Position numbers and translations under genes: made by a program. Source: Armatimonadota bacterium (GTDB lineage Bacteria; Armatimonadota; HRBIN16). Taken from it: a stretch of DNA of 64,000 nucleotides. This document shows positions 56,334 through 64,000 of the stretch, piece after piece (the stretch's first letter is position 1; each line of letters starts with the position of its first letter). A model generated the notes under the pieces. It did not search any database and was not told the DNA's origin. It saw only the letters and a list, made by a program, of their open reading frames with translations. The DNA lies in contig OY781964.1 of assembly GCA_963677485.1 (NCBI GenBank), positions 4,288,001 through 4,352,000 of the forward strand, given 5' to 3'.

Positions 56334-57785
56334 CTAGATTTTCATCAATGCTTCGGCAAGCACCCAACGGATGTTCATCGGCACTTTGTTAGATGCACTG
56401 AGCGTAGTCAGCAGCTTCGCGGCATCTGCCGTGCCCACATTGGCCAGGGAGCGGATTGCCCACATCATTTGAGGCCCTGGTTTGTTGGCGGATACACCTA
56501 GAGGTTTCACGTCGATGTTTGCGATTTTGGAAATCGCTTCACTCGCAAGGTAGGCTACATTCACGTTAGGACTGGCCATAGCGGCGACCAATGGCATTAC
56601 GGCAGGCTGTCCAATCAAACTTAACGACTGGCTGGCCGTATAGGCCACAGAGCCCTCGGAATCGCCTAAGGCAGCCATCAGCACGGGAACGGCCTCGGGA
56701 CGGAGCGTCTTGCCCAGTGCTTCCGCAGCCAGTATTCGGTACTGAGTAGGGGCTGACTTCATGATGCTGGACAACAATGGCACTGCAGCCACATTGCGCA
56801 TCCCGCCCATCGCAGCAATAGCAGCTTCTTTGGTATCGCTGTTACCAGTGGCCCACACGCGCTGAAGCACAGGCAGGGTGATGGGTCCGGCGATGGAGAA
56901 TCCAACCGAACTGCCTTCACGAATGAGCATATCATCACTGTTAATCGATCGCTCAAGCTGGGCGATCGCCGTTGGAGTGGCTAGACCACCCAGGGACTCA
57001 GCGCACTGGGCGCGCAGTTCCGAGGCGTCTGTTGGCGAGTTGACCGAGTCGATGTACACCTTCTCTGCAACGGGATCAACGATATTGGCCAGTGCGCTGA
57101 CCATCACAGCCCGTGTCGATGGGTATTTTACTAGTGTGTCCATCAATGGCTTGGTGGCTCGTTTGTCTGCCAGTTTTCCCAACAGGTCAGCGGCTCCGTT
57201 GCGGAAATAGTCCACCGTCAGGAAGACAACCACATCAGAGTCCTTGTTCAGCAGGGGCAGAACATAGGGCAGCACAGGCTTTCCGATTTTTGCGAGTGCC
57301 TGGCTGGCCGATGACTGACCTACAAGGTCTTGCATCACAAGTATCAGGCCAGGAACAACGGGCATTCCTACACGGCTAAGCACCAGCATGCAACTGTTGC
57401 GTACGTTCAGATCAGGGTTTTTGAGTCCGTCTAGAATTGGCTGTGGATGCTTGGAAGCAGATTGTTGAAGTACTTCAATCATCTGCTCACGCACCTTCGG
57501 TTCTGGCTCCCTCATGAGGGCGACAAGTGCGGCGGTCGCAGCGTCGTTGTCGGCAGCGACTAAGCCTTTAGCACATTGCACCCGCTCGGGGTCGGTGCGT
57601 TGTTGCACAACGTCATAAAAAGTTTCCCAAGTGATGACTACTTTTGAAGCGGCCACCTGCTCTTGAGTATTGGTACCAACCATATCGGCCATGAGGCGGT
57701 TACTGGTAACCTTGACATACGAAAACCATACAATGGAAACAATGGCGACCAGACCCCAGAACACCGCGGTACTATACTTTCCCAT
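56334..57785 (-). CDS. Membrane-anchored HEAT/PBS-lyase repeat protein
   Basis: N-terminal TM and repeated A..ALG.....AVP.L units. Confidence 0.85.
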   Translation of the reverse strand: MGKYSTAVFWGLVAIVSIVWFSYVKVTSNRLMADMVGTNTQEQVAASKVVITWETFYDVVQQRTDPERVQCAKGLVAADNDAATAALVALMREPEPKVREQMIEVLQQSASKHPQPILDGLKNPDLNVRNSCMLVLSRVGMPVVPGLILVMQDLVGQSSASQALAKIGKPVLPYVLPLLNKDSDVVVFLTVDYFRNGAADLLGKLADKRATKPLMDTLVKYPSTRAVMVSALANIVDPVAEKVYIDSVNSPTDASELRAQCAESLGGLATPTAIAQLERSINSDDMLIREGSSVGFSIAGPITLPVLQRVWATGNSDTKEAAIAAMGGMRNVAAVPLLSSIMKSAPTQYRILAAEALGKTLRPEAVPVLMAALGDSEGSVAYTASQSLSLIGQPAVMPLVAAMASPNVNVAYLASEAISKIANIDVKPLGVSANKPGPQMMWAIRSLANVGTADAAKLLTTLSASNKVPMNIRWVLAEALMKI

Positions 57786-57951
57786 GAAACTTACGACTCC
57801 CGTTTAGTAAATAGAACTGTAAGCGCGACGGCTTATCAATGTCTTATTTTGCCATATATCGACTGAATCAGACGAATATATCATATCACAAGCTGGCGGT
57901 AGATATATGCATCCTTCTATGTTTGTATAAGTGGTACTATGAATCTGAGGG

Positions 57952-59889
57952 GTGCAAAATCCGATAGTATTGCACATCCTATCACAGAATACGAGGATCG
58001 CAAGTTTGCTAGATGTCCGAAGTCTTCATGTCTGCTTAGTGAAACCGTCTAAGTACGATGCCGATGGATACGTAGTCCACCATTTTCGTGGTGTGTTGCC
58101 TTGTAATACACTGAATGCACTGAACGGTCTTTTCCGTTCGGCACTAGAAAGACTAAATCTTCCCCATAAAATTAGCATAATCGACGAGACCGTTGAGCTG
58201 GTTAAACCCGAAGCGTTAATGAAGAAGCTCAAACAGGGTTGCGAAAAAATCCTGGTCGGTCTGGTAGGCGTCCAGTCAAACCAGTTCCCCCGAGCAGCAG
58301 ATCTGGCCGTCAGGTTCAAAAAAGCCGGAGCCATGGTCATCATGGGCGGCTTCCACATCAGCGGAACCAAAGCACTGCTAGGCGGAGCCCAAGAGATTGA
58401 TAAGCTGCAAAATGACGGTGTCAGCCTGTTTCTTGGAGAGGCCGAAGGCCGTATCGACGAGTTGATAGCGGATGCCATGAATGGTCAGCTCAAGACAGAG
58501 TATGGCAGCAGTAATGTGCCAGACCTATCGCAGTGCTGGGCTCCTCCGCTAGTCGATGACCAGACTGCCGCCAAATTCGCCGTTGCCCACACCGGTACCA
58601 TGGATACCAGCCGCGGTTGCCCTTTTAAGTGTTCATTCTGCACGATTATTCACGTGCAAGGTAATAAGATGCGGTTCCGAAGTACAGAAATTATCGAAAA
58701 GCACATTAGGGAACACTACCCTAATATCCCATTTTATTTTTTCACCGATGATAACATGAGCCGAAATCCTCATTGGCCGGAGATTTTTGATAGTCTCACC
58801 AAGATGCGTGAAGAAGAGGGCATGGACCTTCAATTCATGATGCAGGTGGATGTGCCCAGCTACAAGATACCGGGATTTGTAGAGAGGGCGAGGCGTGCGG
58901 GCTGCCAGGAGGTCTTTGTGGGGTTGGAAAGCCTTAACCCTGACAACCTGAAGGCCGCAGGAAAGACGCAGAACGACGCTAGCGGTTTTCAAACCATGGT
59001 CTCCACATGGCATGAACACGGCATTCCCGTCCATACAGCCTACATCATCGGCTTCCCCTTTGACACCAAGGCGAGTGTCGCCCAGGATGTGAAGATGCTG
59101 ACGGAAGTTATACGCCCAGATCAGGCCAGTTTCTTCATGCTGACACCTCTGCCTGGTTCTGTGGACCATCAGCGGAAGCTGGAGAACAACGAATGGATGA
59201 GTTCGGACCTTAACGAATATGACAGCTTCCATGCCGTTTCAGATCATCCGTTGATGTCACGCCAGGAATGGGAAGAGGCGTATGATCACGCCTTCAATAC
59301 TTTCTATTCACACGATAATCTGGTGAGGATACTTTCGAGTGCTAAGCCATCTTATTACTGGCGAGTATTCAAGAATGCTGCCTGGTACCGCAACTCATGG
59401 TTTACCGAACGCGCTCACCCCATGATCACTGGATTCTGGCGTCTGAAAGGGCGTACAGAGCGGCGACCGACTTTCAAGATGGAAGGCCGGTTTAATTACT
59501 TCATGCGCCGTTTCAACGACACCATGATATACAGTAAGCGGCTCATCAGCACGGTGCTGTTCATGGAGAGTATCTGGCGTGAAACATGGCTGTTGAAGTA
59601 TAAGCGCGAACTAGCTGAGCAGGTTTCTGAGCGTGTGCAAAACACGAAGGATCAACATAATATCCTGCGGAAAAAACTCAGTAATACCGTGGTGGGGTGG
59701 ACTAGCAGCCTCTATCTGCATTTGGGTAACGCGTCGGCCCGCTGGAAGCGGACACGTCAACTGGTACAGACCGGGCGTATCTGGGATCCTCGGATTTACC
59801 TGAATACCCTATGGGCTAGCGTGCTCAGTGTGTTTGAGGTATTGACGAAGGGCTGGCTATTTATGGCTCATTTTGTCATGGAAACCTAG
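57952..59889 (+). CDS. B12-binding domain radical SAM protein
   Basis: MGGFH, GEAEG, SRGCPFKCSFC (CxxxCxxC), FTDDN, GLES, LTPLPGS. Start uncertain. Confidence 0.88.
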   Translation: MQNPIVLHILSQNTRIASLLDVRSLHVCLVKPSKYDADGYVVHHFRGVLPCNTLNALNGLFRSALERLNLPHKISIIDETVELVKPEALMKKLKQGCEKILVGLVGVQSNQFPRAADLAVRFKKAGAMVIMGGFHISGTKALLGGAQEIDKLQNDGVSLFLGEAEGRIDELIADAMNGQLKTEYGSSNVPDLSQCWAPPLVDDQTAAKFAVAHTGTMDTSRGCPFKCSFCTIIHVQGNKMRFRSTEIIEKHIREHYPNIPFYFFTDDNMSRNPHWPEIFDSLTKMREEEGMDLQFMMQVDVPSYKIPGFVERARRAGCQEVFVGLESLNPDNLKAAGKTQNDASGFQTMVSTWHEHGIPVHTAYIIGFPFDTKASVAQDVKMLTEVIRPDQASFFMLTPLPGSVDHQRKLENNEWMSSDLNEYDSFHAVSDHPLMSRQEWEEAYDHAFNTFYSHDNLVRILSSAKPSYYWRVFKNAAWYRNSWFTERAHPMITGFWRLKGRTERRPTFKMEGRFNYFMRRFNDTMIYSKRLISTVLFMESIWRETWLLKYKRELAEQVSERVQNTKDQHNILRKKLSNTVVGWTSSLYLHLGNASARWKRTRQLVQTGRIWDPRIYLNTLWASVLSVFEVLTKGWLFMAHFVMET

Positions 59890-59928
59890 ATGTTTCGGTA
59901 AAATGTGATGGGAGACAAAAACCGACAT

Positions 59929-60183
59929 ATGAAGAAACTCAATGTGACAATTACGGCGACTGCAGAGCAGATCACCGAACCTATCCTGTGGAAACTAGGA
60001 CAGGATTTCAAGGTGAAGGTGAATCTACAGAAGGCCAGCTTCACCGAATCTGGAGGCTCTGCTGTTGTAGAACTCCAGGGGGACGTTTCGGAGTTACAAC
60101 GCGCCATCGCATGGCTCCAAACAACTGGCGTGATCATGGAAACATCGGAACGGGCTATGTTCCCGAAAGTAAAACCCGGTTGA
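59929..60183 (+). CDS. Stand-alone NIL domain protein
   Basis: ITEPILWKLGQDFKVKVNL..A......AVVELQG.....RAIAWL..GV. Confidence 0.8.
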   Translation: MKKLNVTITATAEQITEPILWKLGQDFKVKVNLQKASFTESGGSAVVELQGDVSELQRAIAWLQTTGVIMETSERAMFPKVKPG

Positions 60184-60211
60184 TCCTGGACTCGCAGTAC
60201 GCAAGACTTGA

Positions 60212-60242
60212 TAAGGGTCGGTTGGATTACAACCGGCCCTTA
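60212..60242 (+). terminator. Hairpin after the NIL gene
   Basis: TAAGGGTCGGTTG / CAACCGGCCCTTA 13-bp stem with one G-U pair. Confidence 0.55.
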
Positions 60243-60256
60243 AGTCATTAGCGCTC

Positions 60257-61441
60257 ATGCATCACTACCCAATCACCGAAACCGAGGCTGTACAGGTAAG
60301 TGGGGTTGCTGACCTGCTTCACCGTGAAGATATAAAGCCGGACCGACGTGCTTTGTGGCTTAGGGGCAAATATGAGCCTGAGCTTTGTCAGGCCGCTTTG
60401 GAACTGCTTCAGGCTCGTGAGAAGGCTGCTGGTCGATATCAGCACGCAGATCGCATGTATTTCACGAAACATTCTCTAGAACAGGCCACTGATGCAAATA
60501 TAGCTGACTACCATGCCTCGTTGTTTCCCAACGATGCCGTGGTGCTTGATGCAGGTTGCGGTTCAGGCATAGATAGTATAGGCTTTGCCAAGCACGGTAG
60601 TCGTGTTGTGAGTGTGGATATTGACCCCGTTCACTGTATATATACGAGGCTGAACAGCCAGTTATGCGATGTGGCCGACAGGCTGACTGTAGTCCATGCC
60701 GATTTGATGCAGTGGCCTGTCAACCGAGCCAAATGGCTGTTTGCCGACCCCATGCGGCGCAGCGAGCAAGGGCGGCTGCTGCTGCCGGAGCAGTGGAAGC
60801 CACCGCTGTCATTCTATCTTGAGTCAGGAGCATCTAGTGGAGTTATCAAAGCTTCGCCTATGCTCAAGCCGGACCGGACTCTGCTGAACGGTCGGCAGAT
60901 CAGTTATCTTGAGAGTAGCAGTGAGTGTAAAGAGGCTATGATCAGTTGGGGGAGTTGCTCATGCCATCCTGGCCAGGTTGTGGCTGTTCATGTCGGCTCT
61001 GGATCCGAGATTCTCTCCACCCAGCCACAGTGCGACGATGTCAAACCAATCGGTCGGTACCTGTATGACCCATCGGCATCGGTGTTGGCTGCCGACCTGC
61101 TTCCGCAACTGTCTGACCAGATTCAAGCCTGGAGGCTTTCACCATATTGTGGTTACCTCAGCGGTGACAAGCTCATAGCCAGCCCATTCGCGCGGGCGTA
61201 TGAAGTCGTCCGGGTTTTCAAATACCGAAAATCCACCATGAAAAGCTACTTGTCCGACAGATCCATCAGCCAGGTGATCATCAAGAAAAGGGGACTGCCG
61301 GCCGATTGGGGGCATGAGTGGGTGAGGCCTGATCAGGGTGGGGGAGAGATCGGTTTGTTTGCAGCATTCCCAGTGCAAAACAGGCTTGATGTATGGGTTG
61401 CTCATTTATCAAATGAGCCAGTTGGAGCAGCCATCGGCTGA
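60257..61441 (+). CDS. Class I SAM-dependent methyltransferase with THUMP-like C-terminus
   Basis: SLEQAT...A.YHA, LDAGCGSGID, FADPMRR, YLYDP, IKKRG. Confidence 0.85.
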   Translation: MHHYPITETEAVQVSGVADLLHREDIKPDRRALWLRGKYEPELCQAALELLQAREKAAGRYQHADRMYFTKHSLEQATDANIADYHASLFPNDAVVLDAGCGSGIDSIGFAKHGSRVVSVDIDPVHCIYTRLNSQLCDVADRLTVVHADLMQWPVNRAKWLFADPMRRSEQGRLLLPEQWKPPLSFYLESGASSGVIKASPMLKPDRTLLNGRQISYLESSSECKEAMISWGSCSCHPGQVVAVHVGSGSEILSTQPQCDDVKPIGRYLYDPSASVLAADLLPQLSDQIQAWRLSPYCGYLSGDKLIASPFARAYEVVRVFKYRKSTMKSYLSDRSISQVIIKKRGLPADWGHEWVRPDQGGGEIGLFAAFPVQNRLDVWVAHLSNEPVGAAIG

Positions 61442-61601
61442 TTGAGACATCGTGTAAAGCGCGCTTAGAAAGTGTGACGCCGGCGCCTCATTACCCACAG
61501 AATGCATTAGTGAGCCGTAACCAAAATTGCGACGATATGCTGGAATCAGGTATCATGAGGTAGGCGCAACCGCTACAAATCAAGCAGAGGTTAACGAGCT
61601 T

Positions 61602-62060
61602 ATGCTCAACTCATATATCCCCGTGTTGCTCATGCTAGTGCTGTCGCTATTACTCGCGATTGTGCTTGTTGTGTTCTCTTTTCTCTTCGGCCCCAAACGC
61701 GGTAACAGTTTAAAATCGGAACCCTATGAATGCGGAGTGACCCCGGTAGGATCAGCACGCGAGAGATTTCCTGTACACTTTTTTCTGATTGCTATGTTGT
61801 TCATCGTATTTGATGTTGAAACTATTTTCCTATACCCCTGGGCAGTTGTCTACAGAAGCTGGGATAAAGCCGGTATGATGTTCAACCTGGTAGAAATGGC
61901 TGCGTTTGTGGCCATCTTGTTCGTGGGATATTTCTACATACTTAGCCGTGATGTGTTTGACTGGTCCAAAGCCAATAAAAAATATTCGCCCCGAGAAGTA
62001 AAGCTGAGTGAAACAGCGATCCCTCATTCTATAGCTCAGGGGGGCAAAACAGATGACTAG
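61602..62060 (+). CDS. nuoA: NADH-quinone oxidoreductase subunit A
   Basis: PYECG, FIVFDVETIFLYPWA, three TM helices. Confidence 0.95.
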   Translation: MLNSYIPVLLMLVLSLLLAIVLVVFSFLFGPKRGNSLKSEPYECGVTPVGSARERFPVHFFLIAMLFIVFDVETIFLYPWAVVYRSWDKAGMMFNLVEMAAFVAILFVGYFYILSRDVFDWSKANKKYSPREVKLSETAIPHSIAQGGKTDD

Positions 62061-62646
62061 CATTTCTAAGGGTAGCAGTGAGTTCCAACAATCCCTCGTA
62101 GATGCAGTAGCGAAACGCTTTGGTAGTGCTGTGCTGAACACCAACCAGTTTCGAGGCGACCAATGGCTGCTGATATCGGCTGCCTCTCTGCCCGACATCC
62201 TAACCTACCTGCGTGATACCACTGAATTTCAGATGAACTTCCTTTCGGATATAGTCGGTGTCGACATGCTGGGTAGAAGCCAGCCTCGTTTTGAGATCAT
62301 CTACAACCTGTACAGCATGTTCAACTTCAATAGAGTGTTTTTAAAAGTAGCCGTAGATGAAGGCCAGCCTATTCCTTCGGCAACCGCTGTTTTCCCCGGC
62401 GCCGATTTTCCTGAGCGCGAGATATATGATATGTTCGGAGTGAAGTTTACGGGCCACCCAGACCTCACCCGCATTCTCATGCCCGATGACTGGGTAGGCC
62501 ATCCTCTGCGGAAAGATTTCCCACTTGGTGGTGAAGAAATTGAATTTACCCAAGACACACATGGTCCTTCCACCTCTGAAGAACAGCAGCCATATCCCGG
62601 CAGTTCCTTTTTTGGCATTACCGGCTCATCGGAACGTGAAGAGTAA
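62053..62646 (+). CDS. nuoC: NADH-quinone oxidoreductase subunit C
   Basis: EREIYDMFG...F.GHPDLTRILMPDDWVGHPLRKDFP. Confidence 0.95.
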   Translation: MTSISKGSSEFQQSLVDAVAKRFGSAVLNTNQFRGDQWLLISAASLPDILTYLRDTTEFQMNFLSDIVGVDMLGRSQPRFEIIYNLYSMFNFNRVFLKVAVDEGQPIPSATAVFPGADFPEREIYDMFGVKFTGHPDLTRILMPDDWVGHPLRKDFPLGGEEIEFTQDTHGPSTSEEQQPYPGSSFFGITGSSEREE

Positions 62647-63893
62647 TGGCAGATGAGATCATGAACAACAACCAACAGCCAACCGCCAACCTGACCGGCG
62701 ATTTGAGCCGAATGTTCGAGCACGCTGACGACGGCTCGATGATCATCAACATGGGGCCACAGCATCCGTCTACCCACGGTGTTCTGCGCATCGTGCTTGA
62801 GCTCGAAGGCGAATTGATCAGCAAAGCCCGCCCGATCATCGGATATCTGCACACAGGTATTGAAAAGAGCTGCGAGTATCAGCCCTATAAAGGCGTCATC
62901 CCGCTTGTGGAACGCATGGACTACCTGAGTGCCTTCAACAACTCGTTAGCATATGTGCTGAGCGTGGAAAAGCTGATGGATGTTGAGATTCCTGAGCGTG
63001 CGGCCTGGTTGCGGATGATTTTCAGCGAACTGCAGCGCATCGCAAGCCACCTGGTGTGGTTGGGCACGCACTGCCTTGATCTGGGAGCCATGACGGTGTT
63101 CTTCTGGTGTTTCGCACAACGCGAAACCGTCCTGAGCATATTTGAAGAGTTCTCAGGTGTACGGATGTTCCCCGCTTGGCAGCAAGTCGGCGGCTGGAGG
63201 CAAGACGTGCCTGCTGGTCTGCTGGACAAAGTGCGCGCATTCGCCGCTCAGTTCCCGAAAGAGCTTGATGACTACGAGGGCATTCTGACCAAGAATCCCA
63301 TCATCATGGAGCGCATGCAGGGCGTAGGCAGCATTAGTGCCGATACACTGATCAGCCTGGGTATCAACGGCCCGATGTTAAGGGGCAGCGGTGTGGCTCA
63401 TGATGTGCGTAAGGCGAACCCTTATCTCTTCTATGATCGGGTTTCATTTGACATCCCTACTGGATCGCAAGGCGATGTGTATGACAGGTATCAAGTGCGC
63501 GTCATGGAGATGAGACAATCCACGCGGATCATCGACCAGTGTCTTGATGTGATTCCTGAGGGGCCTGTGTCCATTGACGACCGCAAGATGGTACCGCCGC
63601 CTCGTCCTGAACTTGATACCAGTATGGAAAGTGTCATCCACCACTTCAAGTTGTGGACAGAAGGTTATCGGCCGCCTGTTGGTGAGGCCTATGTGCCCGT
63701 TGAAGGCCCAAAGGGTGAGATTGGCTACTATGTGGTCAGCGATGGCTCTTCCAGGCCCTGGCGAGTGAAGACCCGTCCGCCGAGTTTTATGAACCTGCAA
63801 TCACTGGCACCGATGTTGCGCGGTCACCTTGTGGCCGACGCCGTGGCGATTATTGGAAGTATCGACATCGTCCTTGGCGAGATCGATAGATAG
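62646..63893 (+). CDS. nuoD: NADH-quinone oxidoreductase subunit D
   Basis: NMGPQHPSTHGVLR, GYLHTGIEK, RMDY, EGPKGE, DIVLGEIDR. Confidence 0.97.
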   Translation: MADEIMNNNQQPTANLTGDLSRMFEHADDGSMIINMGPQHPSTHGVLRIVLELEGELISKARPIIGYLHTGIEKSCEYQPYKGVIPLVERMDYLSAFNNSLAYVLSVEKLMDVEIPERAAWLRMIFSELQRIASHLVWLGTHCLDLGAMTVFFWCFAQRETVLSIFEEFSGVRMFPAWQQVGGWRQDVPAGLLDKVRAFAAQFPKELDDYEGILTKNPIIMERMQGVGSISADTLISLGINGPMLRGSGVAHDVRKANPYLFYDRVSFDIPTGSQGDVYDRYQVRVMEMRQSTRIIDQCLDVIPEGPVSIDDRKMVPPPRPELDTSMESVIHHFKLWTEGYRPPVGEAYVPVEGPKGEIGYYVVSDGSSRPWRVKTRPPSFMNLQSLAPMLRGHLVADAVAIIGSIDIVLGEIDR

Positions 63894-63913
63894 AAAGGAG
63901 CCACAACACACCG

Positions 63914-64000
63914 ATGAATATACAAATTAACCCACCTGCTGACTGGGATAAAAATATCAAACTGCAGTTTTCTGAGCTGGCTGTGAAGCAGCTTCAGAAG
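63914..64000 (+). CDS. 5' end of the next nuo-operon gene (possibly NuoE), truncated by the window edge
   Basis: SD AAAGGAG, ATG 63914, open to the end (MNIQINPPADWDKNIKLQFSELAVKQLQK). Identity inferred from gene order only. Confidence 0.5.
   Translation, partial: MNIQINPPADWDKNIKLQFSELAVKQLQK

Noticed and set aside
1-64000. tRNA, rRNA, CRISPR array, prophage or integrase
   Set aside because: No cloverleaf, rRNA-like tract, repeat-spacer array or phage/recombinase motif was recognised by eye. A covariance-model scan would be needed to exclude small RNAs.

Overview
This is a gene-dense bacterial chromosomal window. A PEP-CTERM protein and an LptA/OstA-like protein point to a diderm, and the gene set is reminiscent of Armatimonadota, which is only an inference. 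Most of it is housekeeping: def-fmt, an M16 peptidase pair, pdhABC, rph-rdgB, a P-type ATPase, ferritin, fucI, an isocitrate dehydrogenase, zwf-pgl, hpf, gltX, serA, ugd and the start of a nuo operon (A, C, D; no nuoB in this stretch). I found no rRNA, tRNA, CRISPR array, integrase or transposase. The most unusual element is a six-gene operon (8882-15249) with its own promoter and terminator. It is built from GyrI-like ligand-binding domains, apparently inactive BtrH/papain-like domains and Cys-rich domains, has no recognisable DNA-binding domain, and sits just behind an AlkZ-related gene. Other candidates: a Clp1 kinase coupled to a degenerate nucleotidyltransferase; a PTS enzyme-I-like pseudoenzyme coupled to an LptA-like gene; an Fpg/Nei protein lacking the catalytic Pro; and an AT-rich orphan gene bracketed by covarying double-hairpin repeats. 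Several families of intergenic palindromic and 9-bp-periodic repeats are also present. All family calls come from motif recognition by eye, with no database search.
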